64,000 nt of DNA from the human T2T-CHM13v2.0 reference genome, Homo sapiens: the NCBI RefSeq assembly GCF_009914755.1, contig NC_060937.1. One strand, given 5' to 3'. Each line of letters starts with the position of its first letter. The stretch's first letter is position 1. The notes beneath the pieces are model-generated. The model searched no databases. It saw nothing but the letters and a program-made list of their open reading frames with translations, and was not told the origin of the DNA. This document shows positions 28,201-41,116 of this stretch, piece after piece. A program made the position numbers and the translations under genes.

Positions 28201-28416
28201 AACAAGTCTTTGTTGAAATCATAAAAGATTCATGTGAAAATAATTGAGTCATATCTGGTGTTTTATCTCCAACATTAATAAGTACATATTTTCCTTTCAG
28301 GAGAAAGTTGAAATAAAGGAATTATAGAGCTATCAATGAAAGAAAATACTTTTGGTGGTTTTAATTTCCACATATGCTGATTTTTTAGCTAAAGGGAAAA
28401 CTGCCTGTACATTGTA

Positions 28417-28626
28417 CATTATGTTCTCACTTAACATTGTTGATAGGTTCTTGGAAACTGTGACTTTAAGCAAAGTGATGTAAAACAAAACCAATTTTTT
28501 TCTCATCAAAATTATAATGAAATGACAATATTGAAGGAAATTACAATATTTGAGGCCCTGCTGTACATTGTTTTGGTTAAAGTCACGGTTTTCAAGAAAC
28601 TATTGACCTTAAGTGAGGACATTCTG
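28417..28626 (-). mobile_element. MER6B/C-like TcMar-Tigger MITE
   Basis: Long terminal inverted repeats CTCACTTAAC...GATAGGTTCTTGGAAACTGTGACTTTAAGC / TTAAAGTCACGGTTTTCAAGAAACTATTG...TTAAGTGAGGAC; TA at left end. Confidence 0.85.
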
Positions 28627-28649
28627 TTCAGTGTTTGAAATGTACAAGG

Positions 28650-28780
28650 TGATTTCACAAGCATTTTATCGTATTATCTAACTTCATTTCCACAATGTCT
28701 CTGTAAGTCTCTGGGGTAGGGATTATTATAGCTATTTAACAGTTGAAAGGACTGAATCTGAATACCTTTAACTAATTTTG
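28650..28780 (-). mobile_element. MIR fragment
   Basis: TTCATTTCCACAATGTCTCTG...GGTAGGGATTATTATAGCTATTTAACAGTTGAAAGGACTGAATCTG. Confidence 0.5.
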
Positions 28781-30499
28781 TTTTTAACCATCTCCCATGA
28801 CTTCCCAGACTTTTTGAAGGGAATTTACACAATTTCTCATTGCAAAGGCAGTAAACTTACCCATTCACTTAACAACATAATAGATGAATAAAAGCAGTGA
28901 ATGGACATCCCTGAGATAACCAGTAAGGAGTAGGTGGCAGATCCAACACTGCACACAACAGTCACTTGCTCAGTGACAAGACTACCTTCCTTCCCCACCA
29001 AATACCAATATGTCTTATCCCATCCCACCTAAAACATCGATATGCAAAATATTTTTTCATCAAAATGGACATGACTGATAATAACAAAACTGGAATTAAG
29101 CTAACTCCTCAAATTGCTTTTGAAATATAGAGGTTAGTAAAAAGTAAATGTCAATAACATTGGGGTAAATTTGGAGGGAAATACTACTACAGACTGCTGG
29201 TGGATTCCTAATGATAAGTAGAGATGCTTAGCTGACTTTCTGTTTTAATCCGTATTTCAAAACCGAACATTATATGATGATTAACATTTTTTTAAATGGT
29301 TTATACCTGCTTGCACGGGAGGGGGAATCTTGCAAGATAAAAACGAACTTCTTATGACTCATTAAATCAGTAACACTACTATAAATCATAAACCTGTTAA
29401 AAATAAATTATTTAATATAGAAACAGCAGGTCCAGCTGTTTAAATATCATATAGCATATGGAGCTTAGTAATTGGATTCAAATGCTGTCTGTTACATCAT
29501 TTATACTTCTGTTAGAGTGTTGTGCTTCTATAGGGAAGGACAAAGTAGTTCTTGAATTGCTATTATGCTGAATAATTTTCTTTTAATTTCAGGTGACCGT
29601 CTCCCAAATTAATTTCTAATTGTCTAATTCAGTGGGTTTCCTCTGAAAAAGAATCTAAAATGTATTTGTGCTGGGTAATTTCACTGAATCATTTATCATG
29701 TGCTTTATTTGGCTTCGGATTTCAGCCTAACGTTTACTTCATATTTTATGTTTGTATTTTGTTTGTTTGTCTTTTAATATTGAGCACTTCTACCTTAAAA
29801 CAAAGTTCACTTAAAATATAATCTTGTCACTCTACTAACTCTTTTGAATATCTGTGGTAAGAATGAGATAGAGAGGAATGGGAAAAACAGAGCAAAATTA
29901 TTTAGTTTCCAAATTATTATAATAAAAAAAGCAAGTCTCCCTAGTGAGAGTTGAAAGGCTGTATCCTGATTTATGATGTGGGAAGCTATCAATGGAGCCA
30001 GAACAAAGACTAGAGTTATATTCCAGGATGTTGGTGGCAAGAAATTCATATACAGTAGAATGTGTCCCAGTATGATTATATTTGTTCCCTGAACCTGGCT
30101 TCACTAGTACAACACTTCATTAAAATCACTTGTGTTTGTTTGGTTTTATTTAAATTCAGACTTGTGAGCCTTAACTCAAACTTTCTCATATGACCTGGAA
30201 ATCTATATATTTATCTAATTTCTTGAAGATATTTTTTACTAGCTCAGTATCACCGTTTAGAAATCATTACACAGGTAGTGGGGTAAAGTGGATAAAACAA
30301 GTCATCTTTGTGAGGAAGAAAAAAGAAGGGGGAAAATGCCATTGCTTGAGCCTCTATACCATAATGAACATGCACTAGGTATGAAACTTACAGAAATGCA
30401 TCAGGTCCTCAAAACTGATGTTCTATGAAATTTTGACAATGTTATAGAGTTCAGTTAACCTCTAAGTGGTATTTGGCTTGCGTTGTCACATTCATTTCT

Positions 30500-30911
30500 T
30501 GACATTCAACTGCTGTACGTTGTGTCTTGAGATGGCAGGGGAGGGTCATCTGCAAGTTTCATAATCAAGCTAGAAGGGAGAAGCCAGGCTCTTTTCTCTC
30601 ACTTCTTCCACCTTGGACAACTTCTCGGGTTCAACAGCATCTGAACCACTTTCTGGGCTCCAGCTCCTTCTGGGCAAGCCCAGTGTTTCCAGCTTTTGAT
30701 GGGTAAACTCTTGACACCCCTGTCTTCTCCATTTGTTTCTCTAGGTTTGAGGAGAGTGTGATTTACTATGCGATTAATGTATAGGTTGACTCATTGCTGT
30801 TTGATTTCTTGGTTTTTCTTTCACCTGTTTAACCAACTCCCTGGGTTGAATTCCCTGAACTTCAAACACTTAGAATGGTTTCTGTTTTCTTGGATGGATC
30901 TTGACTGATGT
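30500..30911 (+). mobile_element. Old ERVL LTR (LTR33-like), 3' part
   Basis: 3' end AACCAACTCCCTGGGTTGAATTCCC...AGAATGGTTTCTGTTTTCTTGGATGGATCTTGACTGATGTA resembles the LTR33 terminus. Confidence 0.6.
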
Positions 30912-31799
30912 AATCTCAAACATCAGCTTGATGTTTCCACAGGGATGTAGTAAAACAGATGAGGTATGCCAGTCTCCTTCACATTAAATATCAAATGTGA
31001 CAGCCTCAGACACCCTAATACAGCCTACAGAAAATTAACCATGAATCCGTTCCTTACCGAAGGAAACTGAAAGAAAAAGTACTAGGAGAATTGTTTGGAA
31101 TCATAAAGATTATCGACCATATCAGAGAACAGAAATGCACAATACCTCCTGAGAATTTTCACTAACATCAGAAATACATCCAATTAAACATTGTATGAAA
31201 GTATCCAGTATAATTTTGCTGACTGAACAGCAGCAGTACAAATATTGAACAGAAAGAAAAGAAGGGTATTAATTGAAGATGTTTTGAAAAACCTCACTAG
31301 TACTGAAAAAAATAGTTTCATAACTTTCTGACTCTCTGTCCATAGCATAAGACCAGAGAAAAATGAAGCCCTCAGTTGGGGACTCATGAATTTCCTGTTC
31401 CAATAGTTGCAGTCTTACCTGTTATGTTCTCCACCACCCTTTCCTGTTAAGTTCTGTTATGTTCTCCACCATCCTTTCCTCTTCTTTCTGTTGCATTCGT
31501 TGATGTAATCCCTCATTATTTCTCAGGCCCTATAATTATTTTAGATCTTACCCCCTTCTTAATAACTTTAACTCTTTCCAGATTAGAAACAAACACCATG
31601 CAGGTTCAATAACAGTCATCTCATTTCTCCCCAAAGTTCCTTAAAGTGTTGTCTATAAGCACTGCCTCCATTTTGTCTCCTTTCCCTACATATATCACAA
31701 CTCTCTAAGGCTTCTGCCCTAACACTCCCCACAAACTGTTCTATTAAGGTCACCAGTGACTCTGCCACTGTATCTAGTAGACATTCTCAGCATTCATAT

Positions 31800-32121
31800 T
31801 GAGACAGCCAAGTACAAAGAGGACCCTGAAGACTGGCCCGTCTACTGGGACAAGTGCGCACTGGCGTAGAGCCTCAGGAAGTTTGCGCCATTTGCAGCGG
31901 GGAAGAGCCTGGCGTCTCCTGTTTTGGGGTGGTTACCTGGGGATTCAATCTTTGAGACGTGGGCCTGTTAACAGGAACCTCTCTCGCTCTGCTGAGTTTT
32001 TTTCTTTTTGCCCAATAAATTCCATTTTACTCACCCTTCAAAGTGTCTGGGAGCCTAATCTGTCCTGGCCGTGTGACAAGGACTCTGTTTTTAGCTGAGC
32101 TAAGAACAAAGTCCTATAAAA
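31800..32121 (+). mobile_element. MER61 (ERV1) solo LTR
   Basis: TGAGACAGCC...GTTTGCGCCATTTGCAGCGGGGAAGAGCCTGG...CCCAATAAATTCC...CACCCTTCAAAGTGTCTG...GGCCGTGTGACAAGGAC; TSD-like ATAT/ATTT. Confidence 0.88.
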
Positions 32122-32478
32122 ATTTTTCATGGCCTTTTTACAGGTTTTGGTCCCTCTTTGTGATCCCTCATTTGATTTCTGGCACATTCTTTTCTCTTGG
32201 CTTCTATAACACCATGGCCTACTGGTTTCTGTCTTATTTCCCTACCCGCTTCTTACCCATCCCCATTCAGGTTCATGTGCCTTACTCAGCCATTGCGCGA
32301 TGTATTTCCTCAGGCTTACCCTTAAAACCTCTTTTTCTTTTAGCTGCGTGTTCTCTCCTTGAGGTATCTTATGCTTCATTACCATCTTCCTGTCTTTGAA
32401 TACCAAACGTCTACTTCCAACTCTGACTTCACCTTTGAGGTCCAGACTGGAGGTCACAAAGGTATAGAAAACCAAACT

Positions 32479-32713
32479 TTTTCATGTAATGACTTATTTT
32501 CCTCTGGGCACATACCCAGTAGTGGGATTGCTGAATCAAATGGTGGTTCTACTTTTAGTTCTTTAAGGAATCTTCACACTGTTTTCCATAGTGATTGTAC
32601 TAGTTTATATTCCCACAAGCAGTGTAGAAGTGTTCCCTTTTCACCGCATCCACACCAACATCTATTCTTTCTTTCTTTCTTTTTTTATTATGGCCATTCT
32701 TGCAGGAGTAAGG
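32479..32713 (-). mobile_element. L1PB inverted 5' segment (twin priming)
   Basis: Antisense L1PB: TTTTCCTCTGGGCACATACCCAGTAGTGGGATTGCTG...GGCCATTCTTGCAGGAGTAAGG. Confidence 0.92.
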
Positions 32714-33647
32714 AACAATTTGCAATTGCAAAAATATGGAACCAGCCCAAATGCCCATTAATCAATTAGCAGATAAAGAAATTGTGGTATATATAATATA
32801 TATATAGTATATATAATATATTATATATATTACATATATGTAATATATTACATATTATATATAATATATAATATATTACATATTATATATAATATATAAT
32901 ATATTACATATTATATATAATATATAATATATTACATATTATATATAATATATAATATATTACATATTATATATAATATATAATATATTACATATTATAT
33001 ATAATATATAATATATTACATATTATATATAATATATATATTATATATAACATATATTTTATATATTATATTTTATATATTATATATTATAAATATATGT
33101 ATTTTATATATTACATAGTATTCCATCAGATATATTATATAATATATATTCATTACATATATTATATACAAATAATTGTATATAATATATAATATATATA
33201 AAATATATAAAAATTTATATATATAAAATATATATATTATGTATATATAATATATCTGATGGAATACTACTCAGCCATAAAAAGGAACAAATTAATGGCA
33301 TTCACAGCAACCTGGATGGAACTGGGGACCATTATTCTAAGTGAAGTAACTCAGGAATGGAAAACCAAACATCCTATGTTCTCACTCACAAGTGGGAGCT
33401 AAGCTATGAGATTGCAAAGGCATAAGAATACAATGATACAATGTACTTTGGGGACTCCGGGGAAAGGGTGACAGGGGTTAGGGATAAAAGACTACAAATT
33501 GAGTTCAGTGTGTACTGCTTGGGTGATGGATGCACCAAAATCTTAGAAATCACCACTAAAGAACTGACTCGTGTAACCAAATACCACCCGTTTCCCCCCA
33601 AACCTATGGAAATAAAAATTTAAAAAAAAAAAACAGAAACAAAAACA
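32714..33647 (+). mobile_element. L1PB1-like 3' end with expanded internal AT repeat and A tail
   Basis: TTGCAAAAATATGGAACCAGCCCAAATGCCC...AAGTAACTCAGGAATGGAAAACCAAACATC...AACCTATGGAAATAAAA; TSD AGAAAACCAAACT (32466) / AGAAAACTCAACT (33648). Confidence 0.93.
32789..33255. repeat. AT-rich tandem repeat including ~7 copies of a 28-bp unit
   Basis: Unit ATATATTACATATTATATATAATATATA; its single C recurs at 32851, 32879, 32907, 32935, 32963, 32991, 33019. Confidence 0.95.
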
Positions 33648-34209
33648 AGAAAACTCAACTTTTTACCTCCTCCCTGCACTAATATAAGTTTGCTTCAGTA
33701 TTTTTCAACCAAGTGAGTGGCTTGTCTCTTCTTCCAGTTTCACATGACCTAAAACGTGGTCTCACCCTGTCCCTGATCCAGCATTAAGATCTGCTTATCA
33801 CCTATTTTCTTACTATGTATCTAAGGCATTGCCTGTGTGTGTCCTGTATTGTAACTAAAGCACACAAATTTGTACCACTATAAATTCAATGCCCTCTCTG
33901 TCCTCTTACCAGACAGCAATGGAACGACGCTAAAGTCCTTAACATGGCCAAGGAGGCCCACATTGTCTGTTTCTCTCAAGCTTCAGGATGCATGATTTCT
34001 CCCCCATTCTCTGCCCATCTGTCACACTACAGGCATCAGTTCCTTGATCATGCCAGTGTTTCTTCCATACACATCTATCCAAGCATCTCTTTCTCCCTGG
34101 ACTGGTTTACTCCTTGCCTATGTTAACCCCAAATTATGCTTAGCGCTATCTCCAGTACTACCTCCTCAGGGAAGCAGCCCTGTTGTTCTTCTGCCCGGGC
34201 TAGTTATTG

Positions 34210-34211
<2 letters not shown>

Positions 34212-34247
<36 letters not shown>
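34212..34247. repeat. (GT)18 microsatellite
   Basis: Perfect GT run. Confidence 0.97.
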
Positions 34248-34250
<3 letters not shown>

Positions 34251-35164
34251 TCTCATTGAACCATATCAGTTTCCTTCAGGGCACTTTTTAGGAATGATGT
34301 ATTTCTGAGTGGGATCATTTGTTTATATCTCAACCTCCAAAGCCTATAACTTGAGTAAATAGAGTATTTGATTTTGTTCAAAATCTTAGCCAAGTGCTTT
34401 CCAAAGGATCTGGCACAGAATTGAGTCTCAATAAATATTTTTAGAATAAAGGAATGAGTATTAGAGTTGGAAAAAATCTCAGAGACATGTAATACAATAT
34501 CTTACTCAAAGTTTGTATCTTAATGCCAGTGTCATGAGGTTCAAGAAATACAAGATATCTTACCTGATCTGTCACAAAGTACTCTCATTAGACCTTGCTC
34601 TTCACAAGGAAATTTACCACCGTCTTCTGTGTCCAACTAAATGGATACATTAGTTACATTATTCCCACTGAACATACCAGGAAGACAGATTGCCACTTCC
34701 TTTGTTGGAGGTTGAAAAATTATGTACTGTACATGATACAATCAATCTAATTTTCAGGCAATATTTATATCTTTTAAATATGTAAGACGTTAGGGTTTTT
34801 TCCCTCTCCCCCAGATTTTTCAGTGTCAATATTAGTAAAACAAGATTCTGAAGAGTAAATTTAATTAAGTTATATGGGATGCTTTTAACTGCCTGATGTT
34901 TAAGCAGAAATAGATTTCCTTCCTCAGTTTGAGCATTGATCTTGATATAGGGCGGAGTCTGCATTCCCTTCAGTAGGAACTGCCAATAACACAGACTAGA
35001 CTGGTAGAAATCCCAGTAATTTACAAGGCATGAAACAAGGGAATGTTAACTTAGCTGGCCACTAATAGTTGTGACCACCGGCCTTAATTTCGTCATTTGA
35101 AAAACAAGGGAATTGTTTTGTAATAACCAATAATTTTAAACAACATATTTTTCCATTAAGATAT

Positions 35165-35890
<726 letters not shown>

Positions 35891-36161
35891 GATGAGTGTT
35901 GATTTTTAAAGAAAAAATTCATATAATGTTATACTTTCAGTGGATCTTAGCTTAAATTTAAGAAAGCGTAACATTATGTAACTCTAAAAATTGTTTGGTA
36001 ATTATTTGCTTTGGCATCTGTGTATGTTACCTCTGAAGACATGTACGTATCATAGACTTCATGTTCTATTATGGTAAATTTTACTTCCTCAATAAAAGAG
36101 GCCCACTTAGCTGAATTCCATCAAGATTCATGGTTGGTTTGACACATAAAATAGTTGCTTA

Positions 36162-36473
<312 letters not shown>

Positions 36474-37829
36474 TCAGCTCCGATTCTCCCATTACTTCCT
36501 CTCCCTGGCAGTGTCAGTTACACTAGCATTGTGTTGGAGTTCTTGGCATAGATTTTATTTTGTTTATATGTCTTTTATTTTGCTTTTACACACAGGGTGC
36601 TCTGATCGTTTGTTAACTGTCTTGTCCCAATTGGCATTTTAGTTGGGATCACTACACTATTTCTGTTTGTGTCAGTTCTCCCACTGGTATTGATCAAGAA
36701 CCTTATTTCTCTGCCTTTACAGAAAACCATCTCTTTGTACATTTTGTATAAATCATCTCATCCAGGAAATGAGATTAGCCATTTTTGAACTGAAAAAATA
36801 ATCCATTTATATACAGACTGTCTTTTCAATTGCTGTAGAAAATAAGAGTATTAAAAATTTAAGCCTTCTTCAAAAAATTTCTTAAAATGTATTGCTAGCA
36901 TGGCAGATGTTTCTTTCTGAGGAAATGTTAAAAAAAAAAAAAAAAAAAAACAATGTTCACCAAAGCTACCTGATTTAGTGAGAAGCTTTTTGTCTTCCCT
37001 GCAGAGATCTGAGCTCAAGTCTTCCATTCAGTTTTTAATCTTACAGCATTTATTCTCTTTCAAGACTTTCCAAATTGCCAATTCATTGGATTTTGTTTAT
37101 CACCTTTTCCACAAAAGCCCATTTGTTCATTGACAGTTGCATTATAGGTTAAATCCAAAGTAAGGCTGATAAATGAATATTCAAACTGGCCCCCGGGGTT
37201 GTTTTTAGTTTGATAGTTCTATCACATCAACCATATGTAAAATCCATCTTCCAGTTAAATGTGGCTGCCTTTTCTGTGTCAGAGATTATTTATTAGTCTC
37301 TTGTCTATTAGTCTTGATTAACAGGAAGTTTTTGATCAAGCAGGGTTTTCTCATCGCTGATTGCTTATACATCAAACAGTCTTTTGCTATGAATTTGACA
37401 TATTAATGGTTTTACAGCATTGCTATTTATCTGTTTCATGTTCCTTCTATAATTGGATGCAAAATAAATGAAGCAAAGCTGGGCAAAGATATCATTTTAT
37501 GGGATAGTGTTATAACAATTCTACATTTACAGAAGGTGCTTTGATGTCTAGTTACTGGCCAAAATAAATAGCATATTTCTGATCAAGTTATAGCAAATAT
37601 TATAAAATAAATTCTCAAGGCGCTTTCTTGATTCCTCTTATGTGCTCATTATAAGGGTCATGCATTATAAAAACAGAAGTTGATTTCAAGCTGTTTGAAT
37701 CAAGGCATGATAAGAAAATTAACATAAGCTTTAGTTTTGCTGTGAAATAGATTTTGCTTCAAACTTTATTTTGTTCTCCACACTTAATATTTAATAACCT
37801 TTCTACTGAGTTTCTGTTGACTCCTCCCT

Positions 37830-38855
37830 CAACATGGATGTCAAAGTAGTAACTCACACTTAACATCTCTCAAACACAACTCTTTATTTTTCCCTGTATC
37901 TGCTCCTACTCCAGCCTTAAACATCTCTGTATATTGTATGAGTGTTTATGCAGTTGCTCAGAACAAGAATTAGTTAACAAAGATCTGTTATACTTGTCTT
38001 CATTAGTTAACTAGTACCTTCAGTATATAACCACCATCCAGTATTTCTCTCTAACTCTTCCTATAGTGATCTAGTACAATTCTTTACTCCCTCCAACTTA
38101 AAATACTATAGTAGTCTCTGAAGTACCTTCCTACTCCTTCCTTACCTTTTTGTAGTCAGTTTTTCAAGGAGCAGTCAAAATGGTATTTTTTAAAAATGTA
38201 ATTCAATTCATGCCATTTATTTGCTCTAATCTTCCAATGATTTCCCATTATGCTCACAAATAACCAAACTCTGTCTCTTTCTTCTAAGGACTTTTATATT
38301 CTGTCTATTGCCTAACTCTCTGACTTTGTCTTCTACCTTTTTCATGATGTCTGCGTGCACACACATGCTCATACACACACACACACGTATGCGTGCACAC
38401 ACACCTTGCTTACTTATTTACCATCTCACTGATTTTCTTGCTATTCCTCCAAAATACCAAGTGTATTTCTACCTTAGGGCCTTTATACTTGCTGCTCCCT
38501 GAGACTGTAAAACTATTTCCCTCAGCTATTCAGGAGACTTGCTTTCATACTTTATTCAAGGACCTGTTTTACAGTCACCTCTCTAAGAAGTCTTCCCTGA
38601 CTGCTTTATTTAACATGAACCTTGTAAACCTCATCACCATTATTTCTATATATTGACCTTGATTTGTTTTCTTAATAGCATGTACTATTTCCTGATATTA
38701 TAGTATATATTTATTTGTTTGATTTGCATTTACCCCGCTGGAAGGTAAACTCCCTGAGATATGGGATTTAGATTCTTTACTAAATTGCTAGGGCCTAGAA
38801 TAGTGCCTGACTGGCACAGGGGGAGTCCTTAATAAATATGAATTCAGTAAATGAC
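37830..38855 (+). mobile_element. L2a-type LINE 3' region
   Basis: CCTTAGGGCCTTTATACTTGCTG...AAGAAGTCTTCCCTGAC...GGGCCTAGAATAGTGCCTGACTGGCACAG...AATAAATATG. Confidence 0.75.
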
Positions 38856-39522
38856 TACATAAATCCCTGAAACCTATAAACCAACTATTTAAAAGCTCAC
38901 AGTATGAACCATTATCCTGTGTGAAACTTAGATGGCAAATATAAATTTATCCTGCCATAGTGGATTTAAGAAACCCTCATTTGCTTATACACAGGTGTTT
39001 ATATTAATTTTGGGCCTTTGAAAAACTTTGGATTTTACTCTGAGTAACATGGGCAGATACTAGAAGATTTTGAGCAGATTTCAGGAGAGTCATAGGACCT
39101 TCCTTATATTTAAAAATGATCGTTCTGGCTGCTTTGATAAGAATAGCCTAATGGTGACCGTGATAAGGGTAGATACAGAGAAACCCACTTAGGTTATTGA
39201 CAGTATTGAGGTGAAATATGACGGCAGTGGCACTAAGTGTTAGCAGCAGAGGTGGTGGCATGTGATTGGCTTATGGATATATTTAAAAGATAGTCATGAC
39301 AGGAATTTCTGTTAGATTTCCTATAGGATATTAGAGAAAGAGAGGAATTAAGGGTCACTTTAAATCTGGAATGATGGCATTGACACCCAGGTGCGACTAC
39401 TGTGGTGTAACAAGTTTTGGGTTATCAGAGATCGGTACTAAAGTTTTCATTTGTACATTGAGGGAGAAATATTCATTAGGCACTTGGTGTATAAGATTGG
39501 AGTTTATGAGCATGATCTATGC

Positions 39523-39559
39523 TAGATAGATAGATAGATAGATAGGTAGATAGATAGAT
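39523..39559. repeat. (TAGA)n tetranucleotide STR
   Basis: TAGA repeats with one TAGG variant. Confidence 0.95.
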
Positions 39560-39835
39560 CGATCCCTGTTTGGGTGGGGCATGGGATGTTCAACTCTGTA
39601 TAGTATAGATCTATGTAGTATAGATCATGCTCATAAACTCCAGTCTTATACACCAAGTGCTTAATGAATATTTCCTCCTCAATGTACAATAAACTATATA
39701 TATTCCTATATTATATATACTATATATATTCATTACTATAGTATAGATCATGCTCATAAACTCCTGTCTTATACACCAAATGCCTGATGAATATTTCTCC
39801 CTCAATGTACAATAAACACTTTAGTACAAATCTAT

Positions 39836-39836
<1 letters not shown>

Positions 39837-39871
<35 letters not shown>

Positions 39872-39872
39872 T
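39837..39872. repeat. (TAGA)n tetranucleotide STR
   Basis: About 8-9 perfect TAGA units. Confidence 0.95.
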
Positions 39873-40723
39873 ATATACATATATTTGACATGTCTTTGGC
39901 ATATATGTATTACTCAATACCTTGAAAAAGAATGGGTTACCAAATGAGCGAATGCAAACAGAGAAGTGAAAAGAACACAGTCAGGACCCCAGGAAGCTCT
40001 AACATTAAAAAGTAGATGAAAAATGGAGAAACAGACTCATTAAACTGAGAAGAACGCATCTAAGGAGGTGGCAGAAAAACCATGTGTGTGTGTTTTCTTT
40101 GAAGTCAAATGAAGAAAGGATATCAGAGGAAAGAATGATTAGCTATGTGAAATCTTGCTGGTAATTCACTTAAGGAGATGTTTGAAATTTTCTATTAAGC
40201 AAGAAAGAAATAATTGGTGACTTGATCAGAGCAATTTAGGAAGTGTAGTGGGAGTAAAGCCAGACTGCAGGGGGTTTGGGAGAGAAAGACAAGAGGAGCA
40301 TTGGAGCCTGTGGCTCTGGTCATTCTGTCTGAAGATTGTTGCCAAAATTCGGAGTAAGAATTGGAAGAAGCTGGATAAAGAAAAGTTGTTATTATGTTTT
40401 CCGTTTTCTCTTTTACTGTGTTTTTTAAAATAGAAAAAGTAACAGGATGTTTGTGTGCCAATGGAAATTATCAGTAGAGAGTGGAAAATGATGGAACAGA
40501 GTAGAAGAGGCAGCAGGACTTCTATAACGTTGGGATCGGGAATTCAGTAAACCCTCTCCTCATCATAACAGCAGTGTAACTGTTGGAAATTTTACAATAA
40601 TGATTAGAAACTCCAACACTCATTTAATGTCTCTGTAAATTGTGCTAAAGGCATAAGCAAGTAAGGAAATATTAGTTCAAGAAAATCTACTAAGTTTCAC
40701 TAAGATCAGCAAAAGTTGGTTGC

Positions 40724-41116
40724 TGTATTAGGCTGTTGGAGCTGCCATAACAAACTACCACAGGCAGGGTCGCTTAAATAATACAAATTGTTCTCATATT
40801 TCTGGAGGGTAAATGCATGAGATCGAGGTATGGGTAGATTGATTTCTGATGCTTCGCTCCTTGGCTCACAATGAATGGCTGCCTTCTGGCTATACCTTCA
40901 CGTGTTTTTTTTTCTATGTGTGTGCACATGTCTGTTCAAATTTCCTCTTCTTGAAATAAAATCAGTCATATTGGATTAAGGCCAACCCATATGAATTCGT
41001 TTTACCTTAATTACCTCTTTAAAGGCCTTATTTTCAAATACAGTCACATTTTGAGGTCTTTGGGTTAGGACTTCAACACGTGAGTTTTGAGGAAAGGCAC
41101 AGTTCAGCCTGTAATA
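40724..41116 (-). mobile_element. MLT1A/B-type solo LTR
   Basis: TGTATTAGG...GCTGCCATAACAAACTACCACAG...CCTTAATTACCTCTTTAAAGGCC...GGGTTAGGACTTCAACA...CAGTTCAGCCTGTAATA. Confidence 0.9.

Larger units (their letters stand above)
31600..34457 (+). mobile_element. Long L2 LINE fragment hosting MER61, L1PB and (GT)n
   Basis: L2 motifs TAAGGTCACCAGTGACTC, TCTCTTGGCTTCTATAACACC, AAGTCCTTAACATGGCC; L2 tail CTGGCACAGAATTGAGTCTCAATAAATATTT. Confidence 0.7.
39010..40500 (-). mobile_element. L2 LINE fragment (antisense) interrupted by a rearranged insert
   Basis: TTTGGATTTTACTCTGAGTAACATGGG...TTTTGAGCAG...TCTGGCTGC; AAAGCCAGACTGCAGGGGG; L2 similarity resumes after ~39870. Confidence 0.75.

Noticed and set aside
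29575-29600. Isolated strong splice signals (acceptors near 28300, 29592, 48288, 60263; donor near 2333)
   Set aside because: I could not pair them into convincing exons; such motifs are common in AT-rich DNA.
32359-32769. 136-aa ORF
   Set aside because: Reads through L2, antisense L1PB and the inversion junction; a chance frame.
37830-40500. Oppositely oriented L2 pair, and inverted Alu pairs at 48.9/52.3/54.9 kb, as dsRNA sources
   Set aside because: The L2 copies are too diverged to pair stably; the Alu pairs are 2-3 kb apart, commonplace, and there is no evidence of transcription.
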